Origin: Octopus vulgaris
Taxonomy: Eukaryota
DNA length: 64,000 bases
Reading direction: 5' to 3'
NCBI GenBank assembly: GCA_951406725.2
Contig: OX597817.1
Location: 29,078,001-29,142,000 of the forward strand
Shown: positions 12,563-26,155 of the stretch, one piece after another
Layout: every line of letters begins with the position of its first letter
Position numbering within the stretch: position 1 is the first letter of the stretch
Notes under the pieces: model-generated
What the model saw: the letters and a program-made list of their open reading frames with translations, nothing else
Told to the model about the DNA's origin: nothing
Databases searched by the model: none
Made by a program: the position numbers and the translations under genes

Positions 12563-12710
12563 TATCATCATCATCATCATCATTTAGCGTCCGTTTTCCA
12601 TGCTAGCATGGGTTGGACGATTCAACTGGGGTCTGTGAAGCTGGAAGGCTTCATCAGGCCCAGTCAGATCTGGCAGTGTTTCTACAGCTGGATGCCCTTC
12701 CTAACGCCAA
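12563..12710 (-). mobile_element. RTE 3'-end fragment with (GAT)n tail
   Basis: (CAT)n TTAGCGTCCGTTTTCCATGCTAGCATGGGTTGGACG..CTGGATGCCCTTCCTAACGCCAA; near-identical to 59340 and 60124 and to the reverse complement of 25690-25840. Confidence 0.9.
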
Positions 12711-13766
12711 ATATGTTCATGTGAAAGGAAATCTATTTTTTAGGTTTAACTTTCTACTAAAACATCATTGCCCTAATATACTTTGTGAAAATTATGAACA
12801 TTACAATGATCTAATTCCTTCTACTTTATTATCAAATTTTATGCTTGATTAACAAATCTTTATTATTCCTATTCTGGTTTGGCTGGACAATGGAAAAGCA
12901 GAAATAGTAGTACATTGAACTATATAGGGTGTGCTAGATAACTGAACTATAGTTTGATAAATAAGTTATTTGAAAGGTTCTATTAAATTCAAAATGACCA
13001 AGCTGAATATTTCCATATACTTTTTTAAACTTAGAATTTCATAGAATGATTATGTTCTTTAGATTTAAAAGCAAAAATAAACATTTAAGTATGAATTGAC
13101 AAACTTATTACAATGAAGCATGCTACAAAGTTACCATGTTTCTCTAAATGGTAAAATTAGTCTATATCTTCTTTGGGACTATTGCCTATGGTATTCTCCC
13201 TTAGTAATCTGTAGGAATAAAATGATGTGCAATGTCATATATTCATAGTTCCATAGGCTGGAGCACTTAAAATAGGTATTTCATGCTTTATTTTATGTCA
13301 CACATTAAATAAATACACTTTGGTGGAAAGAATGTGATACAGTATCAACATGCATAATGTATAAATTAGGAATTTGAGTTCTGTTGAATTGCATTAGTAT
13401 TAGGATGTATTAAGAATGTTGCATTTAAGAGTAGAAAAAATAATAAATAGCTAAAATAATGATCTTGTTATTTCTCAGTTATAAATTATTTAAGAGGAAA
13501 TAATGTTGCTAACTGTAAATTGAATTAACAGTAAAACAGAATAAAAACTGAAACAAAATTATTGTATGTTTAATTATATTGTAATATTAATTGAAATTAA
13601 TTTTTTGTGTTTATATTCCTTGTTCAATGTAAAGAAAATTTGCATTCTAATGCTTTAAATAATATTATTGATATAAATTGTTGCTGTTTACAGCCTTGTT
13701 TTACTCTACAGGATGTAAATAAATATTAAAAAAGTGCTTTAAAAGTTTCAATAATAATAATAATGT

Positions 13767-14115
13767 AACAAGAGCACTCAGAGAGCACAAACCTCCGCCA
13801 AAGCAATACCAATGTCCTCTTGATAATTAGCTAGAGATGATTTTTAAAATGAGAATGTCTGAAATAAACTCAATTGCTCTCACAAACGAGAATACTAAAA
13901 ATGAACCTGACCGCTCTCAAAAATTAAGTAAAAAAAAACAGAAAAATAATCCAGAATCCTTGTCCGGTACTGAATCAATCCCTAAATCTTATCAGTTTGT
14001 GCCATACATCTCTAAAAGTTTCATCCAAATCCCTCTAGCGGTTCTTGAGATATCTTGTCCTCAGACAAACAAATACAACTGAAAACAAAACCTCCACCTT
14101 CCCTGAGGCAGAGGT
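13767..14115 (+). mobile_element. non-autonomous Helentron/DINE-1-like element
   Basis: Subterminal ACCTCCGCC (13791-13799); terminal hairpin ACCTCCACCTT-CCCT-GAGGCAGAGGT (14090-14115) whose 3' side is complementary to the subterminal motif; AAGTTTCATCCAAATCC block and short ACAA repeat; AT-rich flanks with no TSD. Confidence 0.7.
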
Positions 14116-15544
14116 ATTAATAATGGACAGTATTTAGGTGCACTACATTCCGCCAATAAGGGTGAAAAAATGGGACAGTATGTTGCAGTAAGTCAAGTAA
14201 AGAAAAAAGATAGCCAGAAGCAGAAGTCAGAAAAGTAAACAGTAATGGAGCAATATAAAAGAAAGAGGTCTGGATTATTTTTGTGGATTTCACACCATGC
14301 TGATGTTGAATTTTTGGCTCTCTTATTATTTACATATCAGCAATTTCAACGTCCAATATCTCCTTCCTCTCTTTTTAGATGGTAGGATGTGATTTAAATA
14401 AGATTTGGTTGTTGCTTTTAACATTTCAAATTATCATTTAATGACTTCTAGTTTGTTATTGGTGATGATGATGATGATGGTAGTGATACTGTAATAGTAT
14501 TCATCTTAACCTATTTTATCTCAAAAATGTGGTGCCAAACTAAAAAAGGTTAATAATTATTAGATGTCTTCCACTAGAAAAACACTGACTTAGTGTTAAT
14601 AGATTAAAGTATGAGGCACTATATTGACTAGGAATACTCACACTGTGAGAAATGAACAATATTTATTAATGACTAATGTGTTGCATTCTTACTTAAAGGT
14701 TCAGTCATTTACGTGGGTGAGGATGGAAAAACCTTTTCTTTACTAAGGAAATGTGTTTCAAGTTAAATTTGCCTGGAAAATGAAAAAAATATTTCTTGGT
14801 TTTATTATTTTTTTTTTAATGTTAAATACATTAAATATGGCAATAATAAGAGATTGTAAAGACTTTTGGCTTGTACCCCTAATCTACACTTAATTATAAT
14901 AATTATTATTGTGAAGTTACTAAAAATAATAATTATTATTATTCATGTGGGCATGAAATATTCACTTTATAAGTGGAAAGAAAATGAGATGGTTAAAATG
15001 GGTAAAAGGAAAAGGAAATTTCAGACTTTCGTATATTTCCCATGAGTATTAATGATATGTGAAGTGATTACAAATGGAAATTCGTTTATCAGCATACTTC
15101 ATAGCTCACTGAAATAATAATAAGAATATCATGGCTATGTTAGCAATAATAGTGTCTAATAATAATAAGATACAGCTAATGATCCAGAGCATAGAAATCT
15201 CTTCAGTATTATGAAACAATTTACTGATAATATTTTAATATCAATTTGTCTAAATAAAAGTAGACAATTATGTATATATCAGAGACAACTAATAAGCTAA
15301 GCAAACAATTTGCAACAGTATTGTCCTGTACTTGATCAAAAGTAAAGCATAATCATTTTCTAAGATAACTTAAAATGAAAAGGGATTATTTGTAATATCT
15401 CATTTGATCCATAGCATTTGTGCATGTCTAATATATTTTTAATATCGACCACAATACTTGGCTTTGTATTACACTAACTCTTGATACTAAATACCTTTTA
15501 TAAATGTATTCAAAATCTACATGTACTGCTGAAATCATACATAT

Positions 15545-15750
15545 GGAGATGCAAGTTTATTAATGGTTTCTAAAATTGACACAAGGTCAGGAAACTCTTA
15601 AGTGAGAGCAGGTAATTATATTGACTTTAGTACTTATTTCATCTCAATGGATGAAAGCAAAGTAACTTCAGTGAGATTTGAGTTCAGCCTGTAAAGGAAT
15701 ATAACTAAATACTGCAAAGTGTTTTATCTACTGCTCTACTGGTTCTGCCA
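15545..15750 (-). mobile_element. SINE family B, degenerate
   Basis: GTACTTATTTCAT..GGATGAAAGCAAAGT..GATTTGAGTTCAG..CTAAATACTGC..GGTTCTGCCATCT is the reverse complement of family B. Confidence 0.65.
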
Positions 15751-18540
15751 TCTGGTCTGTGATGAAGTGTAAATAGCAAGTATTGCCTTCAAGGCTTTCC
15801 CAGAGATAGACACATATTGAGATTGAGTCAGCTGCCTCACCAGGTTATATAATTATGGTGGCTTAAAGTGCAAACTTTTTGTCAGATGTGCATGTAGTCT
15901 GTTGCATCATATTTTGAAAGACCTAACATTTATTAAAAATTATAATTGTTATTTCTGTGATATAGTTTTCCCAATAATAAATTGCTATTAATTCAGATAA
16001 TTATTCTTATAAATATGTTTTAATCATTTTTGCTTTTAAACTAATTTTGATTTTATTTTAAAAACATGCATTCATTATGTGTTAATCTTTCCTGCGTTCA
16101 TTTCCATGTCTTGCATTTGCTATAACCTTGCTCTGATGTTAAAATTTTAATAAGATCTTCAGAATTTTCTTCTTAAAGTTGTTATTACCAGGTATCTAAA
16201 GGACGCTGCTAAAAATCAATATTTAGAACATTAGGAGATGCCAGATATTGATATTCCCACCTTAAAGATTCCTTGTTTGATGACAAAGAACTATCTCTAT
16301 CACTAGGCTCAGTGCCAATAGCAATAGACTTCCCACTGAGATCGATATTTAAGGATAATAGACTCAAAGACTCTAGCAATGAACTGCCATTTGCAATAGA
16401 TTGTTAATGACAATATGTTCAGTTTCAGTAGCAATAGTTTGCCAGTGACAATATATAATGTCATTGATAGCACTGCATAATGTTAGTTGGCTATCAGTAG
16501 TGATAGATTCAATGTCACTCATTAACAATGGCCATAGTGAACATGTCAATAGAAACTAAATAAATGGGAATTTTCAGAAGTGTTCTTTATTCAGTTCTGG
16601 TTTGGTTCTACTAACTTGATACTCAGACTATTTTCTTTACAATGATGATGTAAGCACTTTATCTAAATCTTTATTTAAATCTATGTAATTTATGTAAATC
16701 TTTATTTAAATCTACATTATGCTATCAGTACCTTATTCTACATACTTTATGTTAATCTTATTACATTGCTAAGTATAATGCTAGTCAGTGGTGAGCCTGA
16801 GTCCTGATAGCCGTTCAATGAAATTGAAATTGCTAATAGTATAATATATACTAATAACATATTGCCATATATTTACCACTGGCTCTAAGTCTCTTTGTCA
16901 CAACTATTTGTTTCTTTGGTTTGCAATATGGTGAGTCAGTTACAAATTCCTTGTAATGGGTTCCAAGTAATTGTAGCTTTTGATCATTGACTTGGATCAA
17001 CTTTTACTTGTGCCACAAGAACTACTAAATTCTATGAGTATATTTTTCATTCCTTTATCATAAATTGGATAAAGAAAATTACCATAAATTAATAGTTCCT
17101 CTGAGATTGAGCTCAGTGCAGTCTATATTCCAAAGACCAGTACTAGTTGGAAAACAGGCTGGAGAAGGAACTTCAGACAGCAGCAATTTTTGGGAGAAGA
17201 AATCATGACTGGACTAGATTAGATATGGTATGCAATTTTTTTTTTTTTTTTGTGTTCAGGGTCAAACTAGCTGAAGTTGTAGCTTGGTTTAGCCTTGTCA
17301 TTACAGTTTGTTGTAAGAGAGTCTTTGCCAATCAGCATATTGACATCGTTTTTTAGCACTAATATGTTTGTGTCTGCTGTGTAGCAACAGTACAATACGA
17401 GATATGTGAACAAAACTCAGCTGTGAATAACACTTGACTGAGTTTTATGTTTAACACAGTTCAACATGCTATACATATCATAATCTGTCCTGACAATTTA
17501 ACACATTTGTTGCAGAATGTGAATATGTTCCTGAACCAGAATTGTACAAGACATACTTTACATGTTGGAAATGTGCATGATCTTTAACATAAAATTGTTG
17601 ATTAAATTATTTAGGTATTTGATTATATATGTCTGAACAAAGATGACTCAAAGATCTGATAGATCGCAATTTTGTCTACATGAAAGCATAAAATATAAGC
17701 TTAATAGCCTGGAAAACTTTGATTATCTTGATAATTCATATTTTATTTTACTTTTGAAGTGGTTTGGCTTGAGGGATAGGTTATATCCATGGCTGTCACA
17801 AAATATCTTTTATCACTTCAAAACCAAGAAATATTTCAGCCTTGATCAGGTGATTTTCTACAAGATCAATATATTCGTAAAATTTATCATAACATGCTGA
17901 CATCTATTACTGGTATCTTAGACTTTATCAAAAATAAGGCAGTCTGCCTAATCGACCTCTTCCTTATTGAGATTATTGTTGTTGAACCTAGACCAGCCCA
18001 GACTGAGCCAACCTGTGTTCAAAGTGTGTATAGTGTATTCTTCCAGGAGATTAGGGTCATGATTTGAAAATATTTGGCTGCTGATTCTAGCAGGTCAAAT
18101 GATTGTTTAGATGGATCTTCACTAGCTGTGGGTATATACTATGTTTCTAATCATTGCTTTGTTGCATCTATTGTATCCTGAATTTGGTTTTTACTTAGCC
18201 TTAATTTTACAATTGCTGCTTACCATCCCACAACTGATTCCCACCTTCTTGTGCCTAACTCAGCATTAATTTTTCATTTCAAAAGCCTTAGTTTATTGAA
18301 TGCCCATTTACCCCCATAACCTTTAACTTTAAGAAAAATTTCAGCTTGACAAAATTAGCTTTATGGTCTTCCGGTCATCATTTGGATACAAGAAGACAAT
18401 GAGTAATGTTTCTCCTGACTTCATTAATAATAATTAAAACAATTGTAAGATAAATTTAGGAATAATTAGATCGTTTTTTTTTTGTAAATTATTGTAATTG
18501 TCTTTTTCTTATTTATTATTATCATCATCATCATCACCAT

Positions 18541-19001
18541 AGGCAGAATCATTAGTACAGCAGGCAAAATGCTTGGCAGCATTTCATCCATCTTTACATT
18601 CTGAGTTCAAATTCCACCAAGGGTGACTTTGCCTTTCATTTTTCCAGAGTCAATGAAATAAGTACGAGTTACATACTGGGGTTGATGTAATCAACTTATC
18701 CCCTCCACCAAAATTTCAAGCCTTGTGCCTATAGTAGAAAGGATTATTATTATTCTGATCCTCATCATCATCAACAACAACAACAACATCAACAACAAGG
18801 TGGGGAGCTGGTAGAATATGTTAGCTTCACAATATGCTTTGTGGCATTTCTTCCAGTTTTACGTTCAGAGTTCAAATTCCATGAGGGTCAACTTTGCCTT
18901 CATCATTTCTGGGCCTATATGAAACAGTTGCACACTAGGATACATGTAATTGACTAGCCCTGCCCCTCAAAAGGTCATGCCTTGTACTTATAGTAGACAG
19001 G

Positions 19002-19060
<59 letters not shown>

Positions 19061-19423
19061 CAGGGCAATGAGCTGGCAGAAACATTAGCATACTGTGCAA
19101 AGTGCTTAGTGACATTTTGTCCATCTTTAGTTTCTGAATTCAAATTGTGGTGAGGCTGACTTTGCCTTTCATTCTTTCAGGGTCAATAAAATATGTACCA
19201 GTTGAGTGCTAGGGTCTTTGTAACCGAGTAAACACCTCCCCTGAAATTGCTGGCCTTGTGCCAGAATTTGAAATCATTTACTGAGGTTGATTTTGCCTTT
19301 TATCCTTTCGAGGTCAATAAAATAAGTACCTGTTGAGCACTGGAGTTGATGTAATCAACTGTCCCCCTCCCTCAAATTTCAGGCCTTGTACCTATAGTAG
19401 AAATGCTTATCATTATTATTATT
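18541..19423 (+). mobile_element. head-to-tail array of four family B SINEs (18541-18752, 18797-19060, 19061-19277, partial 19278-19423)
   Basis: Repeated GAGCTGGCAGAA..TTAGC..AATGCTT..TTCTGAGTTCAAATTCC..GACTTTGCCTTTCAT..AAATAAGTAC..GGCCTTGTGCC units, separated by (TAT)n and (CAT)/(CAA)n tracts. Confidence 0.9.
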
Positions 19424-19962
19424 AAGGTCAAGAAACAATGAATTAGTTAGCTAGCCACAGCTTGACATGATGGTGTACTTTGACTAAAATTCCTGATTGG
19501 AGAATTTAGATTGTATAATGAAAGCTTAGTGTTTTCATCTTGACATAGAAAATCTTTGAAGATGTAGTAACTAGTGAAATTAAGGTTATTTCATTGGGAG
19601 TATTTATATTAATTAGTAGTAGTGAGCTTAAAATAAAGGAGAAAAAAATAAGCTTGATGCAAAACAGCAAAATAAGTTTTTGATGTGATGTCAGTCATGA
19701 AAGTTGTATGTTTAGAGTTTAAAGTTGTTATAATTAGTTGTGCTACTGTTCACTTGCTGAGCGCAGTAAAAATTCACAGAGACAGCAATGCTCCCAAAAG
19801 GTCTGTAAATGACTCAAGACACATTTACAATCCAATATTTCCAGGCTTTACATTCCTGAATATTTCAGAGACCATTTTGTAAATGTGTTTGGGGACTAGT
19901 GTCTGCCATTGGCAAACCTAAAGGGATACCATGTTCGCTAGATACCATGTTCTCATTCCTCA

Positions 19963-19964
<2 letters not shown>

Positions 19965-20032
<68 letters not shown>
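19965..20032. repeat. (TC)n microsatellite
   Basis: Uninterrupted TC run of about 65 bp. Confidence 0.97.
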
Positions 20033-20035
<3 letters not shown>

Positions 20036-21269
20036 CTATATCCATCTTAGGAATAAACTGGATAATATAGATAGAGCTGCATTATGTCTAAGAAAACGAT
20101 GGCATAGTTACAACTTACTAGAGCACATCTGGTCATAGGTGTTCTGAATCAGGGAAATAACTACATTTGTCATGTCAGCTAGAGATTTGGAGTTGTGTTA
20201 TAGATTTATTCAAATCAATAAGGTACATTCAGAGATCAAAGAGAATGCAAAAAATCTAAAATCTTTCGTTCCTCATAGGTTTTCCTTACATAGCTTTTGA
20301 AGAATTACCCAATATACTGGGTTCAATCTTGTATACTGTAACTTATAGAAGAGCAACTGAAGTCTTGATTTTGAGAAAGAGTGGGGAAATAATTAAATAT
20401 TTTGGGTTAACAACCCAACTAAGCATTGTGATCAATGATTCTGGTGAAAGGCACTGATTCAAATATATTGTCAATTATATTGGTTAAAATTTGTATTATG
20501 AAGAATAAGGCAATTGGACAGGATATTGCATAGCTTGGTTCAGTCAGGGATGACTATGGGTGACTTGTATTTTTGGTGTATCATAGTAACAAACCCAACA
20601 AAATTCAGTCTTGATAATTATCAAATTAGAGAAAATGAAAATATTGTAGGGTTGAAAAATCAATCAAGGAAAGATTTCAAAGCCGTTCTAAAATGCCTAT
20701 AGTTATTTTGTACATTTATGCATTTCTGTTTGATAAATAAGCAAAATAAATCTTATACACTCTTTGTTTAACTTGACCTCCAAACGGACATTACTAAATA
20801 GAATTAGTCAATCAGTGAATTGCAAACACTCTTCATTGAAAGTTCAGCTAGAAGATTATAAATATGTTTTGCCCTCCAAGATCTGCTATTGTCTGAATGT
20901 TGCATATATCTTGAAAAATATCTGGGTAAAATAGAAAAGTTGCTATTCCAATTTTTATAGAAAATCAGGTACACTTTAGAATGAAGGCCTTGGCCTCTCT
21001 GCTACAAATAGCTCATCAAAGATGGTCTGAATGTGCAGAGTCTGAGATTAAGATATCTGCAAAGATTAGTTGGCAATGAGCAAGTATGACCTTCCATAGC
21101 ACACAGGTTCTGATTTGTTTAATTAAACATTGTAAAAATTGTAAAAATTTTAAATACACTCAGTTTGAATGGGTGCTTGGCATCTGGATTGTTGCCAGGT
21201 ATTCTATAACCTGTGTAATTTCAGAAGATTGGATTAATGACATCATTCTACAGGATATTATATAAGAAG

Positions 21270-21697
21270 TAGAGTGGCCAACATTATTGAGCACTGAAGG
21301 AAAATTCTTTACAGTATTTTATGCCTCTTAATGTTGCATGTTCTAATTTTGCCAAGCTCAGCACCAGCTTTCACCCTTTGGAGTTGACAAAAAGTACTTT
21401 TCAAGTACAAATGCTGAAATAAACCATCTTCTATTCAGAAATTGCTCTGTCCAAATGTCATAAGCCATTCTTATTGTTATTATAAGAGCAGTGAGTTGTA
21501 AACATTATAGAACTCTGGAAAAAATACCTTGCATCATTTGGTTACTCTTTTTTAAGCATTCTGAGTCCACTCACATGAGAGCTAATTTTGTCATTCTACT
21601 ATTTGTGATTGATAAAATAAATGCCTGTATGAACTGCGTTTCATTCAGTCGACTATGTCCTTCTCTGAAATGTGTGGCATTTTGACAATGTAAAAAA

Positions 21698-21734
<37 letters not shown>

Positions 21735-21735
21735 G
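21270..21735 (+). mobile_element. two older tandem family B SINE copies ending in (TAT)n
   Basis: Degenerate GTTCTAATTTTGCCAAG..CTTTCACCCTTTGGAGTTGAC and TTCTGAGTCCAC..GATAAAATAAATGCC, each followed by an ATT-rich tail. Confidence 0.55.
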
Positions 21736-23179
21736 CATATATTACATAATCACATGTTATTTTGTTTGTAAGAAATAACTTATATATACTAAAAAGATAC
21801 AGTTCTTTGTAAATATTCAATTTAAGATACTGATGTGAGTATATGTGTGTTTTAGCTATTCAATTATTTATTTTAGAATTCTGTTTATTGAAATATTAAA
21901 TGGAAATTGTGGTTTGTAAAGAGGAATTACAAATTTAGGAGGAATAAAAATTAAATGCATTTTTATAATAAATTTCTTTATATACTTGCATATTTGGCAT
22001 ACAAATTACATCGAGAAATAAGCCTTGAATACATAATGTCAGAGAAATAGATTTCTTAGAAAAATCTTCTATCAAATTTATATTGCAGATTGTTTGGTAG
22101 AATATCTCTTATTTTAGATATATTTTCCCATGCTAGCTTTAGTAGTAGATTCAATAATTTGAACATTTTCATGCTGTTATAGACAGTTATGTTTCTCCTT
22201 ATGTAACTTATAATATTCTCCTAATGACAAATGATTTTGAGAAAGAGATAACTTTGCAGTGAGTTGAGTCTATGACACGTGTTTTTCTGATTTGTTGCTA
22301 TTTCAATTCAGTTACTCATTTCAGCTCTTCAATAAAGATAAGACTTAAATGTTACAAATCCCATCTTCCATGCAGCTTTTGAAGTCGCTGCTAATCTCTC
22401 TCATTGGATAACTTTGACTACAAAAAGTGAAGCAATTGACTCCATGTAATTATAAAACTGCATGGAATCAATAGAAGTATATTATATATTTATTGTTTCC
22501 TTATAACAACTGATCTTATGAAATCATTTTTGGAAACTATTTCCGAACAAAATCAACTGGGGGATATAAAATAAAAAATACCTTAACCAAAGGTTCAATG
22601 TTGCTTTGTGCAATTTTAAATTTGTATTTTATTCTTCATATACAACAAAATGATTAGTTGCCCAGCATTACTGCAATAAGAATAATTGAAAACATTTTCT
22701 GAAATTAACTTGAATAGAAAATAAACAAAAAAAATATTTTGATTAAAAAATGAAGTTTCAGAAAGTTGCACTTTTGAAGGTGAAGAGATTTACTAAATGC
22801 CTGATACAGATAAGAACAAAAAGGACACGAAGTAGATGTATTGATTTGGCACAGTGACTGATGTTTGACAGAAAAAAATACCCCTTGTAGCTGTGATGAA
22901 ACAATCAATTGGTTATACAGTGCATTGATAGCTGAAGGGCTGCAATTCAGATGGAGGAACATTAATATTTCTGCTTCACATCAATAGAAATATGTGAACC
23001 ATGTGTAGCATCAGTTAACCATATAACGTCCAGGATTTTGAAGAAAATAAGATTTACAAGAATTACAGTAATATACAGAGATTGAGCATTTAATATCAAT
23101 AAATAGTGGAGGAAGAAAAACCTTGATCTTTAAATGATAACTGAAACTGCATTTTGGTCAATTTTGGTCAAATTATGTA

Positions 23180-24462
23180 TTAGGTCATAACATAAATAAT
23201 GCAGTCTTTTTTATACTTCTTCTATTTTTCAAAATTAAGATAAACAAAGTTCTTTATTAATCTAAAATATACTCTCCTTCATTTTCTACAATACTCTTCC
23301 ATCTATCTGGTAGACTTGCAAGGTCTGTCTTCCAAAATTCACTTGTCCGTGATGAAAAATATTCCTCAAGTACTGTTTTGACCTCGTCTACAGAATTCAT
23401 ATTTTTTTCTGTCCAGATGATGCTGGAGACTGCAGAATAAATGATAATCAGATGGAGCAATGCCCAGCAAATATAGTGGGTGGGCATCATTTCACATTCA
23501 AACTGATCCAGCCTTTGGGATGTCATCCTTGCTGTATGTGGCTGAGCATTATCCTGATGGAAAAACACTTTTCATCTACAAACCAAAGATGGTCATTTTC
23601 CTCCTAGTGCTGACTTAAGCCACTCAAGCTACTCACAGTAGATCTCCTTTGTTATTGCTTGGTTGGGGTTTAAAAGTTTGAAGTGGACTAAACCTTCATG
23701 TCCTACCTAACAGATAATAACACCTTACATGTGTGAAGACCTTCTTTAGCCTGGATTGCCAGTGTTTCTCCTTTCCCTACCCACTGTCTTCAGCACTTGA
23801 CATTTATATAAAGAACCTATTTTTCATCACCAGTCTTTATGCGGTCCAAAAAAAAGGTTCATTCATGAGATATGACAGCAAAGAAGAGCACACATTCACT
23901 CTCTGCATATGATTAGACTCGGAAAGTTTGTGAGGAACCCATTGACCCAACTTACTGACTTTTCCAATGGCACGCAGATGTTGATGAATGGTTGAATGAC
24001 CAACTCCAAGCTTCTCTGCTATTTCTTCAACAGTTACGATTAGATTTTGTTCCACCTGGGTTTGCAGGACATTCTCATTGAGCTCTACAGATCTGCCAAG
24101 ATGAGGCTTGTCTTCTAGGCTGTAGTTTCCAGCTCAGAATTTCTAGAACCACAGTAGACACTGGCTTATACTTACTGTCCGATCCCCTATATATTGCATT
24201 AATATTCTTCGCGCTTTCTGTTGCATTGTTGCCTTTATTGAACTCATAAAGCAAATTATGCTGAATATGCTCCTTTGTCACTTTTGTTATAGCATTGAAA
24301 AAGTAATTATCAAAATTGAACTGCACTCTTCAAAAGTTGTGCTAAGAATAAGTACAAAGTAAAATTACTACCTACTGCTTTTATAGCAAATTAATGCCCC
24401 ATGCCCCTCTGACTTTTAACTCGTACAATTGAAAGAACCACATTATTTATGAGAAGACCCTA
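23180..24462 (-). mobile_element. full-length but decayed mariner (Tc1/mariner) DNA transposon
   Basis: Minus-strand pieces HIQHNLLYEFNKGNNATESAKNINAIY (HTH), GKVSKLGQWVPHKL (WVPHEL), FHQDNAQPH, LPDRWKSIVENEGEY. Imperfect TIRs TTAGGTCATAACATAAATAATG and CATTATTTATGAGAAGACCCTA, flanked by TA; length about 1.28 kb. Confidence 0.93.
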
Positions 24463-25326
24463 TATATTCAACAGGTGAATATATTTGCAAATATAGATAC
24501 TTATTTGTAATTTTGGGATTGAAGATTTTGTATCTTGACTCACGAAACACAGAATATTAAATTAAGGGTCATTCATTCTTTTCTCTAGAACATCAGTAAT
24601 TTAAGCGAAGAAAATTACCTAAAAGTTCTATCCTACTCATCCAATGACAATCTTTCCTCCACTTGTAATCATTTACCACTCTGTAAATTCCTGTCAATAT
24701 TAACTGTTTTACATTAAGGATGAAAGTGTTAATCAGCTTTCATTAGCAGTGCAATATTAGTGAGAGTGTTCAATTAGTTAAGTAGAAGTGGTGGTGGCTA
24801 TTTGAGGGTGAATGTTGAATATTACTCTGGGCAAAATAGCTGTAACCTTTTCATATGCGTGTGCATTTATGTATACATCAACATCGTCATTATTTCAACA
24901 TTCACCTCTTCATGCTTGCATGGAACAGGCCTTATGTTTATTCTTCCTACATCTTGACATTTACACATTGATTATCAATGAAGTCATCTTTTTATAATTG
25001 CGGCAGCTTTTTTGTACAATCTTCCATAGAAAGATGACCAGCCTTTGAGCTGCTTATTGTATAAAAGACTGGAAGAAATATTTCATTTTTTTAGAAATAG
25101 ATAAGGGTTGGAAACAGGAAGAGCATTCAGCTGTAGAAAAATGCATGTCAGAGAACCTATGAGAGGGATACACTGGGCCAGTATGGTATTTTTACACTTT
25201 TAAGACAGAATCTGTCTCCATGGTAACTGCAGTACATTTGCCTTTAGAAGTTAAAATATATCACAAACGTATTTTAACTAACCTAAAGTTTGTTTATTCC
25301 TCATCCCTGCTTGTTACTGATGCTGT

Positions 25327-25357
<31 letters not shown>

Positions 25358-25359
25358 AT

Positions 25360-25840
25360 TGCGTGAGAAGACCCGGCAGGACAAGTGAGTCTGTGTGAGA
25401 AGACCCGGCAGGACAAGTGAGTCCAGCCCACTTATGCATGTCTTTCCTCCCTTGGACACACAAAGACCTGTTGAGGCAAGTGAAGTCGAAATCGAACCTC
25501 ATCCAACGACAGGCACCCATGCCAACCTCCCTTCATTGGACACTAAACTCTGCTTGCGAAGACCTGTTGGGGCAAGTGAAATCGGAATCGAAATTGAACC
25601 AATCCTATGACTGGCACCCGGCAGTTGCCAGGACCGCTGGACTGACTCCTGTGCAGGTGGCACGTAAAAAGCAACCACTACACTCACGGAGTGGTTGGCG
25701 TTAGGAAGGGCATCCAGCTGTAGAAACACTGCCAGATCAGACTGGAGCCTGGTGCAGCCTTCTGGCTTCCCAGATCCCCACTCGAACCGTCCAACCCATG
25801 CTAGCATAGAGAACGGACGTTAAACGATGATGATGATGAT
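25360..25840 (+). mobile_element. young RTE LINE 3' UTR copy with (GAT)n tail
   Basis: Ends GTCCAACCCATGCTAGCATAGAGAACGGACGTTAAACGATGATGATGATGA; CpGs retained; ATAATATAAT on both flanks (possible TSD). Confidence 0.85.
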
Positions 25841-25864
25841 AATATAATATAATATAACAATGGA

Positions 25865-26155
25865 TTCTCCTGTCATTAGATGATGTATGAGGGTTCGACA
25901 ATTTCTTACTGAACAACCACGTAGATGATTTGTTTATAGTGATCAAATGTTTGTGTAGACATAAGCTCATTCCTTCCATCAAATTGACATTACCTGTACA
26001 GGTGCAACTGGGTGTCACATATCAGATGACGAAATGTTCCCAGAGCAATGTGAAATGAAGTGCCTTGCTCATGAACACAACACAACACCTGGTCTGGGAA
26101 TCGAACGCACGATCTTGCAATCGTGAGTGCAACACCTCAACCACTAAGCTATGCA
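25865..26155 (-). mobile_element. tRNA-headed SINE sharing head and central domain with 30872-31221 but with a different tail
   Basis: Minus strand GCATAGCTTAGTGGTTGAGG..GTTCGATTCCCAG..GTGTTCATGAGCAAGGCACTTCATTTCACATTGCTC. Confidence 0.8.

Noticed and set aside
16664-16714. 20-bp direct repeat TAAATCTTTATTTAAATCTA
   Set aside because: Ordinary AT-rich slippage duplication with no sign of function.
22800-23090. Faint resemblance to PIF1/Helitron helicase C-terminal motifs
   Set aside because: Needs several frameshifts and stops; no motif is convincing.
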